A DNA stretch of 64,000 nt from contig JBNZDD010013718.1 of NCBI GenBank assembly GCA_050575255.1, positions 3,281,098-3,345,097 on the forward strand, given 5' to 3'. Position 1 is the first letter of the stretch. Each line of letters starts with the position of its first letter. Of this stretch, positions 50,899-60,775 are shown in pieces. The DNA comes from Harriotta raleighana. Lineage: Eukaryota. The notes beneath the pieces were generated by a model. The model was given only the letters and a program-made list of their open reading frames with translations, had not been told where the DNA came from and searched no databases. The position numbers were made by a program, and so were the translations under genes.

Positions 50899-51371
50899 CT
50901 GTAATCGAAAGTAGAAAGGGAGCGATTCAGGAGCTGAGAATTCCACACTAAACTGACGATTGGAAAGTCATGGATTTGGTTCCAAATGTTCCTGTCTTTA
51001 ATTGGCTGTTTATTCGCGACTGAGCAGCAGTCTTGAGAGATTGGCCATGCGATAATGAAGCAGTTTCTGAGAGAGTGAAGCTCGTAATAATAGCCAGCTC
51101 GTGCCTCTGCCAGCCAATGACAAGACACTATGGAAGGTGAAAGGAGGAGTTTGCGATGAGTAAAACTAATGCCAAACCAACCCCTCCATCCCAGCAAACC
51201 AACTCGTGCCAACTGGTATTTTTTTCGTAGGGAAGAAAAAAATAAAGAATGCTTTAGAAGAAAAGTTATTTGAATGTGTGCAATATTCTAGTTCTACATT
51301 ACAAACCAAACTTGCTACAAATGTACAGTTATTTGGTTTTCTGAAATCTATGACTGATAATGTGGGCAAAT

Positions 51372-51580
51372 GTTAATAATAAAAGTAATCCTTGCATTTT
51401 GATATAGAGCTTTTCACATCTTATCAATGTCTCAAAGCGCTTCACAAAACATTCTGTAAAGTGAATTGACTGTATAATTGTGGGCGAAACGCAGCAGCCA
51501 ATTGCACACAGCAGTGTCCCACAAACAGTCATGGATTGAAATGACCAATTTTTATTATTGTGGGGTTTTTTGCACGGATA
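51372..51580 (-). mobile_element. SINE 3' two-thirds, well preserved
   Basis: taatccttgcattttgatatagagcttttcac...gcagcagccaattgcacacagcagtgtcccacaaacag...ttgaaatgaccaatttt is nearly the reverse complement of 57530-57712. Confidence 0.9.
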
Positions 51581-52479
51581 TAGGAGTTCTTCTTAAATAG
51601 ATGCCAGCATGGATACAAGCACAATTTTCACTAAATGAATCTAATGTATTAATATAGAGACAGAATCTCTATTTATTGCTTTACAATGATCCTTAGCATT
51701 CTACGCACACAGGATAGATCTGGAGAAAGTCAGATCTGAACAGCGCGAATCAGAGCTGAAGCCAGCTTTTGCCAAGGGGAGGTCAACTTTGTGATAAAGA
51801 GCTTTCTATCCTCAATAAGAAAAGAAGCTGGATAGAGATATTGATTGTTCACATTGTGGCTAAAATATAAGTATAACAAGGTCAGAATAAAATACATTAT
51901 AAAGGATGAAGTTGCAGTAGTTTACTGTTCAAATGTGCGTTGGTATCCGCAGAGGTACTTAAGTTTTTAAGTTTTTAAGTTTTAAAGAAGGTCGGTGCTT
52001 AAAGGGTTACTGCCATCTTTGATAAGATGACATTCCTCTTGGGAAAAACATTTTAAATGATTCAATCTGTCATCATTTGCATTGTTTAATTTACTTAAGA
52101 TTAACTTTTCTTTAGCTGCAGCTCATTAGACTTTATCGGGTGCTGACTGAATAACAGGGGAGCTTCAGTTTGACTGCAAGGAGGAATTTTAGACTCCACT
52201 AAATATCCAATTCTAATCCTGCCAGGGATCACATTTTCTGTCACGAGCTATCCATGTGTTCATGTTTCATTTGTCAATGTAAATAGGTATTGACTCAGCA
52301 TAAAGATGAATTGATGTTAAGAACGGGTTAATGTATAAACACAAAAATAAATTCCAGCCAGAACTTGCCTAATGGGAAGGTTAAAATAAGTAGTCACTAC
52401 AGGCCTCAAACGGTGGTTAAACTTAAGTCAATCAGTGATTGCAAAGACTTATAATCTCCCACTTACCCTTTTTGTGTGC

Positions 52480-52930
52480 ATTAGGGTCAGAACTTTGGTC
52501 TCGGCAGTCTTTTAACACACAGATGTTACAGTAACATGCTCAGAAAATCAAGGCTAAACCTGGCCTTTGACCTCTGTCGTCAGCTGATCCACTGTGGCAC
52601 TGTGAAATATGTACTCAACTTCTATAAATTAGCATTTTTTCCCACCATCTCTTTTATTCTTTGAGGCGTCTTTTCTTCTGTTTCAGTGGTCTGCAGTCCC
52701 ATGGCTGGCGCTTGCACAGTTGCTCACAGTCTGACCCATTGCTCCTCAAAGGTCAAAGGCCTTCAACCTCAGGGCATGACTTTTGCTGAAGGGTGCCTGA
52801 CAGATCACCTCTGTCCCCACAAAAGGTCACTGAGACAAACAACTGCAGCCTATATATCAGCTTTTACACTTTCCTGACACTTTCCCAACTCACTTTCCTC
52901 TCTGGGAACAAAGAGGCTCAAAGGTCTCCC
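52480..52930. promoter_or_regulatory. Cluster of nuclear-receptor DR1 and half sites (candidate enhancer)
   Basis: TGGCCTTTGACCT 52561-52573, AGGTCAAAGGCCT 52750-52762, AAAGGTCA 52822-52829, AGGCTCAAAGGTCT 52914-52927, AGGGTCA 52483-52489. Confidence 0.5.
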
Positions 52931-53355
52931 TGCCCAGATGATGATGAATAGAGACCAGTCTCTGATACCAATCTTAAGGCCTGCAACATGAATCTTTTTT
53001 TTGCTGGAACAAGCATACACATTATTTTGCACTTTTGACTGAAGTATGCATTGTGGAGCTGCTGTCTTCTTTACAAAAGACTGAGGGTTTTTGTTCAGAA
53101 CAGAATAGGCAAGCAATGCTTATATGACTATCAACTCCCAATTAAAAGATTGTTATTTTTATATTGGTGCAGTGATCAATGCAAAGGTATGTGCACACTT
53201 GTGGGATTTGCCTCACGCAGTGGTTAGTTATTCTGGTGTGAAATGAGCAGAAGCAGAGTGCGGAACCTGAAAGTGGCTGCAACTCCGCTGACAGCCAGTG
53301 CACTCGTTTGAGTTCCTAAACTGTTACCTTAACTTTTTTTGTGGGGAGGAAATGA

Positions 53356-53580
53356 AGGGGCCAATTTTGCGCTATTTCTTAATTAAGAAATCAGAGTTGG
53401 TGTCTCTTTTTGCCATCTTGGAACTATCTCATGCACGTCACTCCCATTTAAGGGAACCCCACCCTACCCACCCCACTCACACACACTACCACCTGAACCC
53501 AGGTTGAACTGAGAGATATTGCTGCGAGTCAGGGATTTGCATTTTTGGATTTCTTAATTAAGAAATACTGCAACAATGTC
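53356..53580. mobile_element. MITE-like element with palindromic subterminal inverted repeats
   Basis: tatttcttaattaagaaatc (53373-53392) and gatttcttaattaagaaata (53548-53567) are exact reverse complements, extending imperfectly outward (ttgc...gcaa). Confidence 0.65.
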
Positions 53581-54904
53581 GACATTTAAAAAGAGAATTT
53601 CATGGACAAACACAACATTGGAGAAATCTGATTTGCAGCTTTGTTTCATTTGCTTAGGAAATGCAATTATTTTGTCCAGGTAAAGAGGGCTCCCTATAGT
53701 TGCCTTAACCACTTTCCTGTTGATTTATCACAATTATCCCGATTACTTTGGTTTACAATTATCACGGTAGGGGAAAACAGATTAGAATGATTACCATGGG
53801 TTTTACATGTCACATTATATCAGTGCGCTATAACATTATGGTATCCCCATCCATTAATGACATTGGATTATGGGTTTATAGGTTTTGTTAATTGTTGTAT
53901 TTATGTTACATATGCATTGGTGGCTCCAGCCGTGGTTTAATGACCTACACATGTCCCTGCTGGAACCACTCTTTCCAATGATTGTGGAGTGAGGGCAGGA
54001 TGTTGACTGCCGAGCGTCAACAAACCACGCCATCTCAATTGATGCACCTCGGACAGACTAAGTCGAAATCGGATTTCTCAATTCCAGAAAAATCCATGTT
54101 TAGAAGTAGACGAGCAACAAAATCCGCTCAGAGCAGAGGCTTGTTTTAGTAAACATCCACTGGCACAGATCCAATCCTACAATTAGGCATTGTAAAACAT
54201 GTTAATGATACAAGAATGAGAACTCCAGGACAGGATTGCTGTAATCTTTACCTGAGCAGATGGATATTTTTAAATAAATATTTCTAAAACAGAATATTGT
54301 AAAACAAATTATGAGAATTAAGATATTGGGAATGATCAGTGTTGCTTGTTAGTTTACTATTATACTTGGAGGTATCCACTTCTTGTTGATTAAATGGGAG
54401 TGTTACAGGACTGATTTGGACTGTATTTGTTGTGAGTTTTAGCACTGCTCTCGGCCAATTAAACTGCATTTATACGAAGACCTATAATCTAGGATTAGGA
54501 TAAGTAGCTCTTATATTAGAAACAGACTAAAAACTTTGGCAGGGCATCAGTGAATCCCATGATGATGTGAGAGTGGATAACCTGGAATATTCTCCATGAA
54601 TTTAAAAACTTAAATGAAAAAAAAAGAGGAATTGAACTTTACAAGTGGAACTGTTTGAGTAAAACCTGTTTACATGACATGTGGAATCTAATCCTGAGTT
54701 TATACTGTCATGAAAACCAGTCTTAATGGGTTTAAGACGTGCAATTGCAATGCAATATGTGCCAGATTCTGCCTTCTGAGACCATCCTGATGAAGTGCTT
54801 CACAAAAGTATTGCCTTCAATAATAGAGCATAAGTGTAAGCAGTACAAATTGATCCAGTCTTTTCTCAAAACACTGCCGTGTGGACTGTTCAAGAACATT
54901 TATT

Positions 54905-55275
54905 TCTTACCAATTTTCTCCCCTCCTTTCCTGAAGGCATTTGACTCTTATTTTGCATTCAATTGGCAGGGGGAGCGAGGAGAAAGGGAGGTTACATTTC
55001 TACAGGGAGAGTGCCCTCCAGCACCTTTCCTAAGAGGCCATTGTTCATGTGTCAACTTTGACTGTTGAAGACGACAGCTATTTAACCATGGGTAGCATAG
55101 CTTCTTCCCCTGTCCTGACTTGACATCAACCTCTGGTAGGAACCCTAGCTGAATTTTCCTTCCCTTACATGAGTCACAAAGGGCAATTATAGTCCCGAGT
55201 GTATCGCCATCTTATATCAGCTAACTCAGTATAGACCTGCAACAATCAGATCTGGGACGTATTAGTTTGTGTAAT
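54905..55275 (-). mobile_element. Ancient SINE of a third family (name uncertain)
   Basis: ccaattttctcccctcctttcctgaaggc...ggccattgttcatgtgt...ggaaccctagctga...atcagctaactcag resembles, from memory, an old vertebrate SINE common in cartilaginous fish. It does not match the other SINEs here. Confidence 0.55.
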
Positions 55276-55774
55276 GTATCTATTCACTTTTTAATGTTAC
55301 ATTCATTCAAAGAAACTCTGCACAACATTTAGTTGCACAGCCAATGTGCTGACTTCAGCTCTGGGCCAGTACAATTGGGAGCTAGATATATTGAACAGTT
55401 AAGACCATAGAAATCCTTGACACAGTAAGTGGCCATTCAACCTATTGTATTAATGTTGGTGTCCAGCCATATAAACCAGACACTAATCACAACTATCACA
55501 ATTAGAGCAGCCAGATATTGATTCAGGGGTCCCTCTAACAGATTTTTAATGTTAGCAAAAAGCTGGCTGTCCTCCACCAGCCCTTTAGAAACATTAAACA
55601 TTAACCAGCATTTGAACACCACTGAGCGGAGTACGGGATTTGTGTGTAGAGTGGATTTGGTTAAACTTAATGATAGTGAGATACCCAGACCTGGTAGAAG
55701 TATGTGTTTATTTGCACAACATATTGCCTTGCAATCTAATATTCATGTAGAAAATGTTATTATATGTTACAATA

Positions 55775-55850
55775 ACATCCTGTGATGCACTTTGAAACTT
55801 CATCTCACAATGAAAGGTTCTATATAAAATCCAAGAAATATTATTATAAC
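55775..55850 (+). mobile_element. SINE/L2 tail fragment
   Basis: ctgtgatgcactttgaaac...tgaaaggttctatataaaatccaagaaatattattat. Confidence 0.65.
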
Positions 55851-56491
55851 TGATAGTATTATAATATTAACTGATTATTGTAATAATATATGATTGTAGA
55901 TCATTATTACATACAATAAGTGTGAAAAGCATACAGTTTTACAATGTAAGGCAATGTTATCTTTACCTTTAAAATTGTGCAGACTTATACAAAATTCTTA
56001 AGTTCAACCATAATGTGAAAACTATTTTTCACATTAAATGAATATAAATATTGAAACAAAAGAAAATATTTTATATTTGAAGACAAAATAATTTTAAAGG
56101 CTCAGTTTGGGGTGCAATTTGGGGCCTTACATTTTATGGTAAGGTTTTAAATGGAGTCCGTGGTTTTAAATGGGGTCCATTAGATCACAGATATGAGTGT
56201 TAGTTTGCTATCATATGAATAGTGCTAATACAATAGCAATCTATCATTAAGACTTTACTCTTTCTTTTTAATGAGGCGCAGTGATTAGAAACATCAAAGC
56301 AAATCCCGAGATTTATTTTGATGCTGTCTGCTTTCATTTTGCATTGTTCAAATGAGGCGCACTTTTTTTTTAACAGCTACTTTATTTAATATGCAAGTTA
56401 CCACAAACACAGTGGTGCATGGAAATAAAGCAGGCTAACGTAACAGTGAACTCTTTTCTAAAATAGTCAAAATCTCTGAAATGTGAATGCA

Positions 56492-56539
56492 TAAATAATG
56501 TTCTCATAGTAAATAATGTTCTCATAGTAAATAATGTTC
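56492..56539. repeat. 18-bp tandem repeat, about 2.7 copies
   Basis: taaataatgttctcatag taaataatgttctcatag taaataatgttc. Confidence 0.9.
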
Positions 56540-57529
56540 ACAGCACTGTCTACTGTTTTATGTATCATTGGACCTATCTGTACTCAGTTGACTGAAACTT
56601 TCATTGGAAAGAGAGAGGTCAAAGGTTATGACAGGGGATTGGTAGGTGAAAGGTTAAATCACTTGAAGGGAAATGCTTAAAATTGCGTGGGATAAAGTTC
56701 AACAGTTTTGCCGGGTTTAAAACTTTGGCAAATGATCAGATTGCTAATGCATCACCTTCGTGCTTTCCTGCTATGATGTCCCCTTTGCCCTGCTTCTGAG
56801 TTTACAAGAAGCTGTGTACAGTAATAATGAACAAGGTCTGATGCTTTAACTCTTTATGAACTGAAATCTTTAGTTGATGTGGTTGAAAAGTATTAGTTAC
56901 AAATGGTTCCAGTGGTTGCATTATAATAAGATTCAATACAATAACATTTGATGTAATTACACTAGTCAATCTAACAAATTATATTATTTTAACCAGGTTA
57001 ATCAGTGCCAATCAATGCCCACTTTTTTGGTATCCTAATAACACCAAAAACACACACACATATATATATATATTAGCATATACTTTATTTTCATATTTTG
57101 ATCCGAAATTTGCATTTAGAAAATAATCACTACCCAATGTGTGATTGAACTCTTCAAGGGGAACAGTCTAAGCTTTGTTGAAATCTGCTCTAATTACTGC
57201 ACAGGCAAAATATTACTATATTATAGTGCAAAATTGCAGAATCAGATACACTTTGATCACATTGACACGATTGAACTCATTGTGTGCTGACCTGGAAATA
57301 AAAGTGTTCTTTCCAGGTTTTAACTCATGTGATATTAATGGTACGTATTTAGTGACTGGTTATTAATGACATTTATCAGAGCAGAGTAACTCAAATACCA
57401 AAAGGGTATACTGGATAAAAACAACATTGCTTTAGATTATTTAAATTGTTCTAGTTTAATAGCATTTCATTTTCTTTGAGTTACCAAGTGTCATTTATTT
57501 AAATGCACCAAGAGTGACAATAATCCCTT

Positions 57530-57712
57530 TAAAAAAATTGGTCATTTCAATCAACACTGTTTGTGGGACACTGCTGTGTGCAATTGGCTGCTGCGTTTCG
57601 CCCACAAATATACAATCAATTCACTTTGCAGTATATTCTGTGAAGCTCGTTGAGATGTCTAGAAGACGTGAAAAGCGCTATATCAAAATGCAAGGATTAT
57701 TATTATTATTAC
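57530..57712 (+). mobile_element. SINE 3' two-thirds, well preserved
   Basis: aaaattggtcatttcaatc...ctgtttgtgggacactgctgtgtgcaattggctgc...gtgaaaagcgctatatcaaaatgcaaggattattattattatta. Confidence 0.92.
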
Positions 57713-58646
57713 TGGGTGAGCTGCTAAAGGGATGTATAATTTTATAGGTTTCTGTAATGTGCCTCCCTCCCATGGACAATACTCAGGTCTCTGTTCATTG
57801 CCTTGCCCTGACCCAATGGACTAGATGAGGAACCCAGATGTGGAGAATGGAGACAAATTCATTGGCTACCACAGTGTGATACAGATTGTTCCAAATATTT
57901 CACAATGGAGAGAATTTTGTTCAGCTCCCTCAACATTGCAATATTACTTCTGCGATCAAATTCAAAGTCTTACTACAGATTATTAAAGGGAATTGTCCTT
58001 TCATCAGCAGTCAAGTGTAATCATGGAGAGGCAGATTGACAGTGTTTGTGAGTGTGCCCAATAGGACAGATTGATCCACTCTAGTGACAGAATTACATGA
58101 TTCATGGTGCTAATTTGGGGGTGGAGAAGAACAAAGGTTTTATTTTGCCAATTATTTGTTGGCTTTCTCTGCCTCCCTTACACTAACATGTGAGAGAAAT
58201 TCTTTGAAAAAGTTTTATATGAGATTAATATATCTCAATTCTCAACATCAAATTGTCAATACAGGTTTAATTCCTGTAAACCTTGGCTGCCATTGTCATT
58301 TGGTTAGATAAAGAGAGGCAAGTCTACAACTGTGATTCAGCTTTTCAACGATCTAATTCATGAGGTCATAATTGATCCCTTTTATGAGAGGGTTTAGGAC
58401 AGCCTGTTCCATATTTATTTCTACAAGGAAACATTGTGCAATTCGACCAAGCTATTAATATGAGGAACGTCTATTCAAATAATGTTAGCTAGAGGCAGTC
58501 TCCAATCATGACTGGTACAACACACAGCTCCTTCAGTCATCATCCTTAGTGAGAGAGGTCACACTTCTGAAATACTGCTGACTGTGGGTTGCAGTACAGC
58601 TGCCTGACCCTATCTCAATGAAAGTGGGGTGAAAATGGCCCTGGGC

Positions 58647-58715
58647 AGACTGGTTGGACAGGTGGTAGAACACCTGCCTAGTAAACAGATGGCTGTAAGT
58701 TCAAGTCCCTAGCTT
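58647..58715 (+). pseudogene. Degenerate tRNA-Thr(AGT)-like sequence (pseudogene or orphan SINE head)
   Basis: ggtggtagaacacctgcctagtaaacag...gttcaagtccc resembles vertebrate tRNA-Thr-AGT (gcgcctgtctagtaaacagg...gttcgaatccc). The stems are broken. Confidence 0.5.
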
Positions 58716-58984
58716 TCTTGATACTTGAGCTACTCTAACATTGTTAGGGGCTAGTTTTCGCAATTCTCATCTATGTTACATGAAGTGATGCTTCACCTTG
58801 ATTGGGGAGCAGCGTGTTGGGCGAGACTGAAAATAATCTCACCCTTCCATTATGAGAAAGCTTTTTATTGATTATTCACAACAGAAGCATTGAAATAGAT
58901 AGTGAAAAAATATCCAGCCGAGATCCTTCCATTCTCCTGGCTTGTGGAAGCCATGGAGTGAAGCAAATTTTGTATGAACAAACA

Positions 58985-59035
58985 AAATAACAACAACAAA
59001 ATTACATTTATAGAGCACCTTTCATGTCAGGAGTA
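58985..59035 (-). mobile_element. L2/SINE tail remnant
   Basis: aacaacaacaaaattacatttatagagcacctttcatgtcaggag. Confidence 0.7.
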
Positions 59036-59286
59036 TGTGATAACATAAATTCAATGTGAACATAATGTTAATGATTAGGTCTGAGAATAAAGTCTTCCAA
59101 GAACAATAGTTTTAGTCTAACCCTTGCTAGACTAATTGAATGGGAAAGGCATATTTATTGTACAAACAAACTTTGTCTTGTAAAGGTCTGTAAAATAATC
59201 CTCACTGAGAATAGCCAAACACAATGGATGTTACAAAATCATTACATTGAGTTCTGAGTTGAGATTGAGATTATTTTTTGTTCAGT

Positions 59287-59466
59287 GGAGTCCTATAGCT
59301 CAGTGATTAGAGTGCTCGCCTCGCAAGCAAGAGAACTGGGTTTGATTTCTAGCAGGGTGAAACTTTAGTCATTTTCTTTACTTCACACACGTGATAATAA
59401 TCCCATATCTGAAAGATGTGAAAAGCGCAGTATCAAATTCAAGGATTCTTATTATTTTATTATTAT
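59287..59466 (+). mobile_element. Short tRNA-SINE with ~130-bp internal deletion
   Basis: Head ggagtcctatagctcagtgattag...gataataatccc joins directly to atatctgaaagatgtgaaaagcgc; the segment equivalent to 50171-50298 is missing. Confidence 0.88.
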
Positions 59467-59584
59467 CTTTGTCCTGTGGACACTCTATTAATGAACAAAG
59501 CAATCAAATCCTAAAATAACTCAATACTTATTTGCTTCATTTTGTTTGTTTACTCCAGTAAGAATTAAAAGTAGATAAAGAATT

Positions 59585-59795
59585 TATTATTAATAATAAT
59601 GATCCTTCCATTTGATATACCAAATCTTTATCACAACTTCGAGAAGTCTCAAAGCAATTCACAGAATATACTGGAAAGTGAATTGACTGTATATTTTGTG
59701 GGTGAAACATGGCATCCAATTGTGATAGCTGTGTCCCATAAACAGTCGAGGATTGAGGACACAATTTATTATTAATTTTTTTTAAGGAAATATTA
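59585..59795 (-). mobile_element. SINE 3' two-thirds
   Basis: aataataatgatccttccatttgatatac...tctcaaagcaattcacagaatatactggaaagtgaattgactgtatattttgtggg. Confidence 0.85.
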
Positions 59796-60709
59796 CACTT
59801 GAAAAAGCGACTGCCAATTGACTAACAACTGGGTTCCTACTTACCACTGGGTAAATAGAGGCATACGGAGTAAGTAAATCATTTATTGCAAACTGCAATA
59901 GAATTTTTTTTTTTTACAGAGGATGCAGAGAAAATCACCTCTTATGAGTGGTAGCACCCAAAGTAAGAACTTTTCACTGTGCAGTACTTTATCTAAGAGA
60001 GTCCTTCTGAATCAAATCAATAGATTTGTTGAGTCGTTACCTGTGGTTCACTTTGTAATCATGGAATGCCATTTATCAGTTTCTCTGCCGCCAGTTTTGT
60101 GGACATTTTTCCTTCAATGCCTCTCCATCTTGAATTACATGGTAGTGCCAAAATCATTCCAATTGCACATGCAACCCTTGTTGTTCCACCTGTTAGACTC
60201 ATTATTCCATTCCGTCCATAGAAAAACATCCAGATCTTCAATTCAAATAGATGGTTTTCATCAAAAGCTGATTGTAACAGACCCTCTCTATTTTGAATCT
60301 CCTATGAGTCCAAAAAGCTTTCAGGCATCGAATTATATCATGAGATCCTAACAGTTATGTTAGACACCATTAACTAAATGTTTGAACATCATCACTACTT
60401 TTTTTTGTTATGATTGGACTTTGGTTTAGAAATAGACCAAAGCTAATCCTTTCTTTCTTTCTTTCACTGTTTATTATCTTATGATAACACAACACTGTCT
60501 GACACTTTGGCAGGCATTGATGAATAGAGTTCAGACTGATGAGAAGCAGCATTCAATGCTTCTGACCCATCAATATGTTACACGTTAGGTCACATTAGCT
60601 GACAAAGAAAAAGGTTTATCTGTTCTCATGTTGTCTTCTCTGCTTTATGAGTAGTTCCACAGAAAAATTCTGTTGTTCATCACATTTTATAATAACTTAC
60701 TTCATTATA

Positions 60710-60775
60710 GGGGCATGGATACGATGGGTCAAATGGTCCCCTGTGTTCAGAATTTTATTTAATGTTTCTATGATT
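60710..60775 (+). mobile_element. CR1 3' UTR remnant
   Basis: ggcatggatacgatgggtcaaatggtcccctgtg...tttctatgatt. Confidence 0.6.

Noticed and set aside
52625-52877. Strong pyrimidine tract plus TTTCAG followed by a 63-codon frame
   Set aside because: No good donor site and an unrecognised peptide; the DR1 cluster explains the block better. A non-coding exon is not excluded.
53919-53970. 12-bp imperfect inverted repeat ggtggctccagc/gctggaaccact
   Set aside because: Too short, with no target-site duplication or second copy in the window.
51329-57747. Similar peptides TVCGTLLCAIGCCVSPT in ORFs 51329-51532 and 57514-57747 (related text at 59537-59764), suggesting a gene family
   Set aside because: They are translations of copies of the same non-coding SINE body.
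59923-60351. 142-aa plus-strand ORF
   Set aside because: Leu/Ser/Phe-rich with no recognisable domain or splice context.
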